DNA of 64,000 nt. Source: Gemmatimonadota bacterium. GTDB taxonomy: Bacteria > Gemmatimonadota > Gemmatimonadetes > Gemmatimonadales > Gemmatimonadaceae. A program made the position numbers and the translations under genes. The notes beneath the pieces were generated by a model. It was not told the DNA's origin. It ran no database searches and saw nothing but the letters and a program-made list of their open reading frames with translations. Location of the stretch: positions 441,026-505,025 of the forward strand of contig JAZJZK010000007.1 in assembly GCA_040389905.1 (NCBI GenBank). The letters run 5' to 3'. Below are positions 44,633 through 53,867 of the stretch, in pieces (position 1 is the first letter of the stretch; the number at the start of each line of letters is the position of its first letter).

Positions 44633-44750
44633 GATCCAGTCCCGAGCCGAGTGAAGGCACCGGCCCTCATTGTTCTCGCGCAATCGCTCTCGCGCGTAGC
44701 GCAATCCGACGGGATCCGCTCCGTTCGCGCCCTCGCAGTTCTTATCCACA

Positions 44751-46082
44751 ATGAAGAGTCAGAGGAGCATCGTTGTGAAGACCCTCTCCCGAAGCCCAAG
44801 GCTGGCGTTGACGCTCAGTCTGTTGGCCCTGCCCGCAAGTGCGCAGCAGAAGCTGGCCACACTGACCGTCACCCTCGACAGACCGACCAGCGGCCTCGAC
44901 GTTCCCGCCAGCTTCAATCTGGATGAACTGACAAAGCTCGACGCGCCAGGTCTTTCCCTCGTGGAAGTGTCCGGGAAGACCAAGACGCCAATTGCCTTTC
45001 AAGTGGACAAAGGCGGCAAGACCCGCATGATCTACTGGATGGTCAATCACACGTCCGATGGTGCCAAGTCCAGAACGTATGAGCTGGCGGCCGCCAAGAC
45101 CGCTGCCGCTCAGGGCGGCGTCGCGATCACGGACAAGGACGAATCGCTGGTGTTCGCCGCAGGCGGAACGGATCTTCTGTCATTCAAGTACGGCGTGCAA
45201 AAGATGCCGGCGAACTTCGTCGAACGGCCCAACGGCAAGGCGATCAACTATGCGCGTGGCGGTTTCATTCATCCGCTCAAGTCGCCGACGGGGCAGGTGC
45301 TCACACGCATCAACGCACCCGATCACTGGCATCACTACGGCATCTGGAATCCGTGGACGCATGCCCACGTGAACGGCAATCCGGAAATCGTCGATTTCTG
45401 GAATATCGGCGATGGCAAGGCAACCGTTCGCCTGGACAAGACGAAGGATGTGCTGTCAGGCCCCGTGTTCGCGGAAGCGAAGGCGGATCTCAGTGCGCTG
45501 CAGCTGAATCCCGACCGCAGCATCAAGGTCGACGCGCTGGGTGAAACGCAGACGATGCGTGTCTACCAACCGCAGGGCAAGCAGTCGTACATCTTCGACT
45601 TCACGAGTGTGTTGAGCCCCAGAGTCCCGTTCACGATCGTCGCCTATCGCTACGCGGGCTTCGGCTGGCGTGCCACACCCGAGTGGAATGCGACCAACAG
45701 TGAAATGATCACGTCGGAAGGGATCGACGTGAGATCGAAAATCAACGGAACGCGGGCGCGGTGGTGTATCGTGCAAGGAATGACGGGCGGTGAATACGCC
45801 GGAGCGGTCGTGCTTTCCAACCCAGAGAACCACAGCCATCCTGAAGCGATGCGAGTGTGGGATGAAAAGAACACCAACGCGCGCGACAGTGGACCCGGCG
45901 CCGTGTTCTTCAACTTCAACCCGGCGATGGAAGAAATCACGCCGGACTGGCCGCTCGAAGTGGGCAAGAGCTACGAACTGAAGTACCGCATGATTGTCTA
46001 TACGGGCAAGTTCACGCCGGCGATGGCGGAAAGTGCCTGGCAGTACTACGCCAAACCGGCCACAGTTGTCGCAAAGAAGTAG
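44751..46082 (+). CDS. secreted PmoA-like/DUF6807-type protein
   Basis: Signal peptide; RGGFIHPLKSPTGQVLT, DHWHHYGIW, DFWN, YRYAGFGWRA, NPENHSHPEAMRVW. Confidence 0.72.
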   Translation: MKSQRSIVVKTLSRSPRLALTLSLLALPASAQQKLATLTVTLDRPTSGLDVPASFNLDELTKLDAPGLSLVEVSGKTKTPIAFQVDKGGKTRMIYWMVNHTSDGAKSRTYELAAAKTAAAQGGVAITDKDESLVFAAGGTDLLSFKYGVQKMPANFVERPNGKAINYARGGFIHPLKSPTGQVLTRINAPDHWHHYGIWNPWTHAHVNGNPEIVDFWNIGDGKATVRLDKTKDVLSGPVFAEAKADLSALQLNPDRSIKVDALGETQTMRVYQPQGKQSYIFDFTSVLSPRVPFTIVAYRYAGFGWRATPEWNATNSEMITSEGIDVRSKINGTRARWCIVQGMTGGEYAGAVVLSNPENHSHPEAMRVWDEKNTNARDSGPGAVFFNFNPAMEEITPDWPLEVGKSYELKYRMIVYTGKFTPAMAESAWQYYAKPATVVAKK

Positions 46083-46098
46083 ACGCCAACCTCCTCTG

Positions 46099-46131
46099 GA
46101 GATCGCCCCGCGGTTCGGGGCGATTTCTTCT
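46099..46131 (+). terminator. intrinsic terminator-like hairpin
   Basis: GAGATCGCCCCG-CGGTT-CGGGGCGATTTC followed by TTCT. Confidence 0.6.
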
Positions 46132-46315
46132 GGTGAGAGTGCCAGTTTCAGGATCACTAAGAAACCAGCGGTTCAACGGTTGCGCGCGTAAGGTGATATG
46201 GTGACTCTGGAAGATCCTCGATCCAGATTCCTCTCAGCAGCTTCATTGGCGAGTCGTCTGCACGACGCCCGTCATGAAGGACTTGGTGGCTCGAAATCCC
46301 CCACGGCCCCGACTT

Positions 46316-47443
46316 ATGATTCCACCCCTTGTTTCACTGGTAACCGTCCTCGCGGCCTCGGTCGCGCCACCCGTTCCGTTGGCGGACACGGTCATCCAGA
46401 TCAGCGCAATCCAGGGAATGCACTTCAGCCTGCCTCGCTTCGAGGTCGCGCCCGGCATGAAAGTGACGATCGTCTTCCGAAATATGGATTCGCAGGCCGA
46501 CATGCCGCACAACCTGGTCATCATGCGACCGGGGACGCGGACGAAGGTGATAACCGCGGCGCTGCAGGCCACGGCAAAGCAGGAGTATATCCCTGTCACT
46601 CGTGACATCCTTTTCAAGACACCGTTGGTCGTGCAGCGTGAGAGCTTCACGCTCACCTTCACCGCACCGGCTGCCAAGGGCGCCTATCCGTATGCATGCA
46701 CCTTTCCGGGGCATGGCTTCGTGATGTACGGGGCGATGTATGTGGGCACCACGCCGCCGCCGCTGGCGACCGATGAAAATGTGCCGCCGGAACAGCGCGT
46801 CCCGCCGCCCGCTGGACGAGGTGGCGGCCGAGGCGGCCGAGGTGGCTTGCCTCCCGGTCCGCGCCCGATATCCGCCGGGGCGATCTCATACGGTTCCACG
46901 TTCCCGGCGGTGTCGCGCACCTTCCTCGCGGATAATGGCCCAGCGTCGATCGCGGTCGCGCTCACCCCGCAGCGGTCGTACAACTTCGACGCCGGCGTGT
47001 CGTATTTCCGACAGGCCTGGGACGGCGGCTTCGTCGACAACTACCCGCACTGGCGCGGAAATGGAGACGGCTACGCCGATGTCATTGGCAAGGTCTGGTA
47101 CCACAGCAAGGCGAACTTCCCCTGGCGTGTGAGCGCTCCCGACTCCATTCCGGAGGCGCGCTTCCTCGGGTATCGTCTGGTGCAGGGCGGATACCCCGAG
47201 TTCCACTACAAGATCGGTGATGCCGATGTGCGCGAACTGGTGTTGCCCCGCGAAGGCGGCTCCGGCGTCGTGCGCAATTTCGAGATCACGACCACGCATC
47301 CGTTGCGCTTCATCACGGATCCCGAGGGCGGTGCGAATTTCTCGGCATCGGCAGGCCAGATGCAGGGAAAGGTGCTCACGCTCACGCCCGAGCAGGCGCG
47401 CAAATTCAGCATCACCATGACCCCAGCCGCACCACTACCATGA
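46316..47443 (+). CDS. azurin/auracyanin-like type-1 copper domain fused to an uncharacterised beta-rich domain
   Basis: MPHNLVI...YPYACTFPGHGFVM (H, C, H, M ligands); P/G/R-rich linker; second domain RTFL...SIAV...SYNFD...AWDGGF...FLGYRL...PEFHY. Confidence 0.85.
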   Translation: MIPPLVSLVTVLAASVAPPVPLADTVIQISAIQGMHFSLPRFEVAPGMKVTIVFRNMDSQADMPHNLVIMRPGTRTKVITAALQATAKQEYIPVTRDILFKTPLVVQRESFTLTFTAPAAKGAYPYACTFPGHGFVMYGAMYVGTTPPPLATDENVPPEQRVPPPAGRGGGRGGRGGLPPGPRPISAGAISYGSTFPAVSRTFLADNGPASIAVALTPQRSYNFDAGVSYFRQAWDGGFVDNYPHWRGNGDGYADVIGKVWYHSKANFPWRVSAPDSIPEARFLGYRLVQGGYPEFHYKIGDADVRELVLPREGGSGVVRNFEITTTHPLRFITDPEGGANFSASAGQMQGKVLTLTPEQARKFSITMTPAAPLP

Positions 47444-47466
47444 CGCCAACCGTGGGAGGGCACGCG

Positions 47467-49020
47467 ATGAGAACTTGCACGCTTTCGCTCATCCTCGGGC
47501 TCGCTGTTGTCGCGACGCCCGCGGCGGTCAGCGCCCAAGGTCGTCAAGGAGCGCCACCACCGGCTCCCGGCGCAGTCGCCCAGACACCGGCGAACTACCC
47601 GTATACGATCGAGAAAATACCCACGCCGGATAGTCTCTCGGCGGAAGTGGGAGGCATCGGCTTCCTTCCCGACGGCCGCGTTGTCGCCGCGTTCCACCAC
47701 GGCGAGGTGATGATCTACGATCCGGCGAAGAAAGACTGGAAGGTCTTTGCCACGGGTCTGCACGATCCGCTCGGCCTCGTCGTCATCAGTGCGAGCGAGA
47801 TGATCGTCGGGCAGCGTCCCGAAGTCACGCGCATCAAGGATACCGACGGAGACGGGAAGGCCGACACGTTCGAGACGCTGAGCGATCAATTCGGCATGTC
47901 GGGGAACTACTCCGAGTTCCTCCACGGTCCCATCATGGACGCGGAGGGAAATCTCTTCTACTCCCTCAACACCGCGTCGAACAACGGACCGGTCCGCAAG
48001 ATCATCCGTGGCACGTACTCACCGCGTGGACGCATCGGCCGCATGTTCTCGGCCGTCGACTACCGCGGATGGGTGATGAAGATTACCCCCGACGGAAAGA
48101 CCATCCCCTACGCGGGCGGATTCCGTTCGCCGAACGGCCTCGTTCTCGATAAGGACGGTGACCTCTTCGTCACCGACAATCAGGGAGACTGGCTGGGAAG
48201 CAGCAAGCTGTACAAGGTGGATCAGGGCAAGTTCTACGGGCACACGCCCAGCCTTGCGTGGGACCCGGCGATCAACACCACCCCGACGACCATCCCCATC
48301 CCCATTCTCGACAAGATGCGCCAACGGGAGATCGTCTTCTTCCCCCACGGCATCCTGGCGAACTCGCCGACGATGCCGCAAATCGACTACACGGGCGGGA
48401 AGTTCGGACCCTTCGGCGGCCAGATGTTCGTTGGCGAGATGAACCATCCCCTGATCATGCGGGTGATGCTGGAAGAGGTGAATCACGAGTTCCAGGGGGC
48501 GGTCGCGCCATTCCTCAGCCAGCCCAACTTGCGGCTGGGGAGCAACCGTCTGGCCTTCGCCCCGGACGGCTCGCTCTGGGTGGGCCACACCGACCACGGC
48601 TGGCTCGGCGACAAGGGAATCACTCGTATCAGTTGGAATGGCCAGACGCCGCTGGATGTCTCTGCCATGAACCTGACGACACACGGCTTCGATCTCACGT
48701 TCACGAAGCCGGTGAATGCTGAGGTCGCGGCGAAGTTGGCGACGTATCAGTTCCGTAAGTACTCCTACGAATACCACCTCGATTACGGCTCCGACCGGAT
48801 GGATCAGGGACCGGTGGCTGTGACCAAGGTGGTGGTGTCGCCTGACGGCCTTCACGCTTCGCTGACGCTGGCGGAATTGCAGCCGAAGTTTGTCTATCAG
48901 CTCGATCTTGTCAGCCTGACGGGAACCGATGGGGCCCCGCTCGTGAACTCGACCATCTATTACACGATCAATCAGCTCCGTCAGCCCGGCGCGGCGCCCA
49001 CCATAGCACCTCGGCGATAA
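47467..49020 (+). CDS. secreted beta-propeller protein (sorbosone-dehydrogenase-like/DUF7133-like)
   Basis: GGGAGG RBS; signal peptide; FATGLHDPLG, DTDGDGKAD, GFRSPNG, TDNQGDW, GKFGPFGGQMFVGE, RLAFAPDGSLWVG. Confidence 0.75.
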   Translation: MRTCTLSLILGLAVVATPAAVSAQGRQGAPPPAPGAVAQTPANYPYTIEKIPTPDSLSAEVGGIGFLPDGRVVAAFHHGEVMIYDPAKKDWKVFATGLHDPLGLVVISASEMIVGQRPEVTRIKDTDGDGKADTFETLSDQFGMSGNYSEFLHGPIMDAEGNLFYSLNTASNNGPVRKIIRGTYSPRGRIGRMFSAVDYRGWVMKITPDGKTIPYAGGFRSPNGLVLDKDGDLFVTDNQGDWLGSSKLYKVDQGKFYGHTPSLAWDPAINTTPTTIPIPILDKMRQREIVFFPHGILANSPTMPQIDYTGGKFGPFGGQMFVGEMNHPLIMRVMLEEVNHEFQGAVAPFLSQPNLRLGSNRLAFAPDGSLWVGHTDHGWLGDKGITRISWNGQTPLDVSAMNLTTHGFDLTFTKPVNAEVAAKLATYQFRKYSYEYHLDYGSDRMDQGPVAVTKVVVSPDGLHASLTLAELQPKFVYQLDLVSLTGTDGAPLVNSTIYYTINQLRQPGAAPTIAPRR

Positions 49021-49062
49021 CGGCAGCGTACGAGCATTTTCAACCTCGAAAGGATACCTAGC

Positions 49063-49527
49063 ATGCGCTCTCCACGTATCGCTCTCGTGCTCGCCTTCCT
49101 GTTGGGCGGCACGTCCGTCGCGGCTCTCCACGCCTCCTCCGTCATGGACGAACTCCTGAACACCACCGTCTACCAATGGAGCACGCTTCGCGCGCAGGAG
49201 TCGGCGAGTGGGTCCACGCGTCAGTACTTTGACCGACCCACGTCATCCCTTCTCGGGCTCGCGCTCCGCGCCCGCACCGTGGCTCCTGGGGCAACGCCAC
49301 ACCCGATCGTGCCGAACTCCGGCCCGCGCGAGCTGGTGCTTATCGTGAAGGAGGGCGTGCTCGAGATCAAGCTCGGCGACAAGGCGCCGGTGAAGATCGA
49401 TGCCGGGTCGGCGGTGTTCCTCGCGTCGAATCAGGTCTACTTCATTCGCAACAAGGGCACTACGCCGGCGACGTACTACGAGTTCAACTGGTTGTCACCG
49501 GGAATGGCCGGCGAACGACAGTACTGA
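49063..49527 (+). CDS. secreted cupin-domain protein
   Basis: Signal peptide; PGATPHP...ELVLIVKEGVLEI...AGSAVFLASNQVYFIRN. Confidence 0.78.
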   Translation: MRSPRIALVLAFLLGGTSVAALHASSVMDELLNTTVYQWSTLRAQESASGSTRQYFDRPTSSLLGLALRARTVAPGATPHPIVPNSGPRELVLIVKEGVLEIKLGDKAPVKIDAGSAVFLASNQVYFIRNKGTTPATYYEFNWLSPGMAGERQY

Positions 49528-49683
49528 CGGAGTTCGAGCTCGCGTTGCAGCTTTGAGCCGGAGCCATGAGCCTGAGCGCGAGCTTCCAGCATTGAGCTGA
49601 TGAGCGCTCTAAGCTCAAGCTCCGCGTTGCTCATTACTGACGCCGTCATCGCGAACGTCGACGGCCTGATGATTGTTCCGCAT

Positions 49684-49809
49684 CTGACCGACAGCACGGT
49701 GACGAGGCTCGCGGCATTTCTGAGAGCGCTCACGGACCCGGCGGCGCGCACGCTGGCGACGACCGTTCCCTCGCGCGTGCCGAGTGGAATACCGGTCGGT
49801 CCCCCGTAG
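49684..49809 (+). pseudogene. C-terminal remnant resembling a di-haem cytochrome c peroxidase/MauG-family protein
   Basis: LTDSTVTRLAAFLRALTDPAARTLATTVPSRVPSGIPV; no upstream CxxCH-containing body. Confidence 0.5.
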
Positions 49810-49822
49810 GGGGAACGCGGGA

Positions 49823-49878
49823 TTGACACAGTCGAGCCAGGGCGCATATACTCAGAGCGCTACCATAGCGATCTAAGT
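49823..49878 (+). promoter_or_regulatory. sigma70 promoter and probable PadR operator
   Basis: TTGACA (49823)-N18-TATACT (49847); imperfect dyad CATAG-CGAT-CTAAG just before the PadR ATG. Confidence 0.6.
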
Positions 49879-49880
49879 AT

Positions 49881-50210
49881 ATGCCTCCAGCGAACTCCGC
49901 ACAGACGGCGCTCGACATGCTCGTGTTGACGATCCTCAGTCGCCGCGGGCCATCCCATGGCTACGGCATCGCCAACGCCATCCAGGACCTCTCGAAGGAT
50001 GCACTCCGCATCGACGAAGGCTCGCTCTACCCCGCGCTCCATCGCATGGAGGAGGCCGGGTGGATCGCGGCGGAATGGACGGTCACCGAAAACAAGCGCC
50101 GAGCGCGCCTGTATCACCTCAGCAAGGCCGGCGCGACGCAGCTCGAAGCAGAACGGGAGCGCTGGACAGTCTTCTCGGGGGCGGTCGCCCGAGTCCTCCG
50201 CTACGCGTAA
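49881..50210 (+). CDS. PadR-family transcriptional regulator (acidobacterial type)
   Basis: HGYGIA, EGSLYPALHRME, W-x2-TENKRRARLY. Confidence 0.93.
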   Translation: MPPANSAQTALDMLVLTILSRRGPSHGYGIANAIQDLSKDALRIDEGSLYPALHRMEEAGWIAAEWTVTENKRRARLYHLSKAGATQLEAERERWTVFSGAVARVLRYA

Positions 50211-50227
50211 CCTTAACCGAGAGAGCG

Positions 50228-52894
50228 ATGTCCTGGTTCACGCGGCTGCGTAACAGCGTCTTGCCTCAGCGAATGGACAACGATCTTCTCGAGGAGATCC
50301 GCGATCACATCGACCGGCGCGAATCTGATCTGCGCGCGAGCGGGTTGAGCGAATACGAAGCGCGGCGGCAGGCCGTGTTGGCGTTTGGCAGCGTAGCCAA
50401 CGTCCGGGCGGAGAGCCGCGCGACCAAGCTGTGGGCGAACTGCGAAGGAACGATTCAGGACACGCGTTATGCGTGGCGCGGCCTGGTTCGCAATCCGGCG
50501 TTCACCATCACAGCCGTGCTTTCGCTCGGACTCGCCATCGGCGCGAACGCCGCGATCTATGCGCTCGTCGACGCTGTCGTGCTGCGCCCGCTACCGGTTC
50601 CATCGCCCGACCGATTGTTCACGCTCGAAGTGCGTGGCCAGACTCCGTCAGGATCGCCCACGAGCAGCGAGAACGCCGCCTTCAGCTTCCCTTTGTACAC
50701 AGCACTGAACTCCGCCGCCGACGGTTCTGCGCGCATCGCCCTTTTCGGGTCTCCGTCCCGTGTCGACGTGCAGGGCAGTGACGCCGAGGCTGCGCCCGAT
50801 GCGGCGCTTCAGCAGTTCGTCTCCGTCACGGCCTTCGACGTCATCGGCGTCGCGCCTGAGGTCGGCCAGTTCTTTTCGACCGCTGAAGACCAGGCCACAT
50901 CGCCACGCGCCGTTGTCATTCTCAGCTACGACTTCTGGCGGCGTCGCTATGGCGCCGATTCCGCCGTCGTGGGCAAGCCGCTCGTGTTCGGTGGAAAGCG
51001 CCACGAGATCATCGGCGTCGCGCGCGCCGGGTTCACCGGAGTCGAAGCGGGGAAGTACATCGATGTCTGGCTTCCCATCACGCTCGCGGATCCAGGCCTT
51101 CTTGCTCAGCCCGAGGCACGAGCCTTCCAGCTGCTGGGTCGTCTCTCGCACGGGATCACGCGCGAATACCTCAGTGCGCGGCTACAACCCGTGTTTCGTC
51201 AGCATCAGGTGGAGCGGTCTGCAACGAAGACGGCGACGGAAAAGCGGGAATTGATCACGACATCGCTCGAGGCGCTGCCCGGCGCCAACGGCCTTGCGTC
51301 ATTCCGTCGTACGTGGTTGCTGCCGCTGATGACGCTCCTTGGAATCGCCGTCGGGGTACTGCTGATCGCGTGTTCCAACGTCGCCAGTCTGCTACTTGCA
51401 CGAGCCTCGGCGCGCTCCAGCGAAATCGCACTCCGGGCGGCGCTCGGTGCGGGACGCACGAGGCTCGTGCGACAGATCCTCCTCGAAAGCGTTCTGGTCG
51501 CCGTGCTCGCGACATCCCTTGGTTGGCTGACGTCTCGCGTGCTTGCGCCGATGCTTGTCTCGCTGACGTCAAGTCAAGGTGATCCCATTCGCCTGAACCT
51601 CTCGTCCGATGCGCGCGTACTTCTCTTCTGCGCAGGAATCTGCGCGCTCGCGGCGTTCATGAGCGGCGCGTTGCCTGCATGGCGTGCGACTGGAGTACAT
51701 CAGACGTCGATGCGCAGCTACATGTACGAGCACGCTGGCCGATTGCGCCTCGGACGCACAGTCGTTGGGGCGCAGGTTGCGTTCGCGTTCTGCCTCGTCG
51801 TGTGGGGCGCAGGTTTTGCGCTCAGCTTACGCACGTTGACATCCGTCGACGCAGGGTTCGATGCGACTGGCGTTGTCGTCATGACCGTTGCCAATGATCT
51901 TGGCCCGCAACAGCGTGCCCTGCAGCTTTCGCTGATGCAGCAGCTTCAGGCGCGATCGGCGTCGCTCCCCGGCTCACAAGCCGCAGCCACCGCCTGGATG
52001 CCGATGTTCTCCGGAGGCCGTCGCGCGGAGCGCGTGGTGCTGCCCGGCAGAGCGCCGTCGGCGCGCGGTGAGACGTTCTATCGCGTCTCGCCGGGATTCC
52101 TCGCAACCTTGCACACGCCGCTTCTCAGCGGCCGAGATCTGCTGGCAACAGACGACGACACCGAACCTGTCGCGACGATCGTCAATCGCACATTTGCGGT
52201 ACGCTACTTCGGAACCGAATCGGCTATTGGCCGTGAATTCCAGCGTGTCGATGGTGCGCGTCATCGCATCGTGGGCATTTCCGGCGACGCGCGGTTCGAG
52301 GACCTGAAGGGCGGTGCCGAAGCGATCGCTTACATGCCCATGAAACCGCCACGTTGGTTCACGATGTATGTGCGGTCGACGCGCGACGCTGCCTCTGTTG
52401 CCCAGATGGTGCAGCGTGAAGCGCGGGCACTTGGCTCGGGCCTGCGCGTCACTGGTGTGACGACCGTCAGCGAGTTGGTCGACAGCACGATGCGGAGAGA
52501 GCGGCTCCTTGCTGGCATCGGCGGTGTCTTTGCGTTCCTGGGGCTGGTCCTCGCCGCGATCGGCTTGTTCGGACTCTTCTCCTACTCCGTTGCACGGCGC
52601 ACGAAGGAACTTGGCATTCGGTCGGCGCTTGGCGCGGCGCGAATGAACCTGTTGCGGCTCATCTTCAAAGATGAGATGGTGGTCATCGCTGGCGGTCTGG
52701 TGGCCGGACTCGCAGTAGCATTCTCCTTCGTACGCGTCGTTCGCTCGCTGCTTTTCGGCACGCAGCTCGCCGATCCCGCAGTCATCGCTACCGCGCTCGG
52801 CGTGTTCGTAGCCGCAGCGATGATTGCGTGTGTTATTCCCGCTCTGCGAGCGACGACAATCGATCCGATACTAGCGCTGCGTCGGGAGAGCTGA
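50228..52894 (+). CDS. ADOP-type duplicated ABC permease (MacB_PCD/FtsX x2)
   Basis: EEIRDHI, QDTRYAWRGL, LAIGANAAIY, IACSNVASLLL, EIALRAALGA, RRTKELGIRSALGA. Confidence 0.92.
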   Translation: MSWFTRLRNSVLPQRMDNDLLEEIRDHIDRRESDLRASGLSEYEARRQAVLAFGSVANVRAESRATKLWANCEGTIQDTRYAWRGLVRNPAFTITAVLSLGLAIGANAAIYALVDAVVLRPLPVPSPDRLFTLEVRGQTPSGSPTSSENAAFSFPLYTALNSAADGSARIALFGSPSRVDVQGSDAEAAPDAALQQFVSVTAFDVIGVAPEVGQFFSTAEDQATSPRAVVILSYDFWRRRYGADSAVVGKPLVFGGKRHEIIGVARAGFTGVEAGKYIDVWLPITLADPGLLAQPEARAFQLLGRLSHGITREYLSARLQPVFRQHQVERSATKTATEKRELITTSLEALPGANGLASFRRTWLLPLMTLLGIAVGVLLIACSNVASLLLARASARSSEIALRAALGAGRTRLVRQILLESVLVAVLATSLGWLTSRVLAPMLVSLTSSQGDPIRLNLSSDARVLLFCAGICALAAFMSGALPAWRATGVHQTSMRSYMYEHAGRLRLGRTVVGAQVAFAFCLVVWGAGFALSLRTLTSVDAGFDATGVVVMTVANDLGPQQRALQLSLMQQLQARSASLPGSQAAATAWMPMFSGGRRAERVVLPGRAPSARGETFYRVSPGFLATLHTPLLSGRDLLATDDDTEPVATIVNRTFAVRYFGTESAIGREFQRVDGARHRIVGISGDARFEDLKGGAEAIAYMPMKPPRWFTMYVRSTRDAASVAQMVQREARALGSGLRVTGVTTVSELVDSTMRRERLLAGIGGVFAFLGLVLAAIGLFGLFSYSVARRTKELGIRSALGAARMNLLRLIFKDEMVVIAGGLVAGLAVAFSFVRVVRSLLFGTQLADPAVIATALGVFVAAAMIACVIPALRATTIDPILALRRES

Positions 52895-52953
52895 CCGGCC
52901 GCTCGGCATCGAATCGCCCGGAACCCGTACACGTATCCTCACGTAGTGCCCAC

Positions 52954-53760
52954 ATGGAATACCTGCCGGCAGGCGCGTTTTACGGCGAAACGCGGACGAC
53001 GACGCACACAGGGCAGGTGATCGTGACTGACGTGGACTACCCATCCGGTGCTCCCGGCGCCGGCTGGCACTACCACGAGCACGCGTTCTTCTGGCTGATT
53101 CTCGATGGGCACGCATCCGAAGTCACGCGCCGAGGCACGATAGACTGCCCTCGCGGCACGCTGTTGTATCAATGCGCCGAGGAACCCCATCGCAACCCGG
53201 GCTCGAGCGCGCGTCTCAGGAGCGTGTTTGTCGAGGTGAAGGATTCGTGGTTCGCGACCGTGCGCCATCTCGGAGAGGTGCTCCGCAACGTCAAGGAGAT
53301 CCGCGATCCGCGCGTCAGAATGCTCTTTCACCAGATCCACCGTGAAAGCGTTGAGCGGCTTCCCCACTCCGAACTGGTTGTCGACGGGCTGCTCGCTCGC
53401 GTGGTCGACGCGCTCGCAGCGAGTGCGAATTCCCCGCGTGCGAGCAGCAGCTTGACGAGACGTCTCGCGGACCTGCTTCGCGACTCGACCGACACCCTGA
53501 CGCTGACCGGTGTCGCCACAGAGCTGAATGTTCACCCTGTATACCTGAGTCGCTACTTTGCGCGGCAGTTCGGCTGCGGCTTTCGCGAGTACTTGCGACT
53601 GGCACGCGTGGAGAAAGCGCTCACGCTGATGCATGATCCCTCGTTGTCACTCACCGACATCGCGTTCGCGGCTGGCTTTGCCGATCAAAGCCATTTCGCG
53701 CGATGCTTCAGGGACGCTCACGGACAGACGCCATCACACTACCGGCGCGCTTTCGGTTAA
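52954..53760 (+). CDS. AraC-family transcriptional regulator
   Basis: Cupin WHYHEH; VHPVYLSRYF; SLTDIAFAAGFADQSHFARCF. Confidence 0.93.
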   Translation: MEYLPAGAFYGETRTTTHTGQVIVTDVDYPSGAPGAGWHYHEHAFFWLILDGHASEVTRRGTIDCPRGTLLYQCAEEPHRNPGSSARLRSVFVEVKDSWFATVRHLGEVLRNVKEIRDPRVRMLFHQIHRESVERLPHSELVVDGLLARVVDALAASANSPRASSSLTRRLADLLRDSTDTLTLTGVATELNVHPVYLSRYFARQFGCGFREYLRLARVEKALTLMHDPSLSLTDIAFAAGFADQSHFARCFRDAHGQTPSHYRRAFG

Positions 53761-53867
53761 GTCTGTTCTATTGTGCTCCGGTCGCCGCCTCTATGCTTCA
53801 GCAGGTGCAGGCGTGATCATCGATCGCCGCGTGCTTCTATCCCGGCTTCGGCTTTTTCAGTCAACCG

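Noticed and set aside
44751..46082. Particulate methane monooxygenase subunit
   Set aside because: The protein is soluble and secreted with no TM bundle and no pmoB/pmoC; 'PmoA-like' is only a family label.
46191..46207. Fourth copy of the GTCAT-N8-ATGAC motif upstream of the azurin fusion
   Set aside because: AGGTGATATGGTGACT has mismatched arms and a spacer 5 nt too short.
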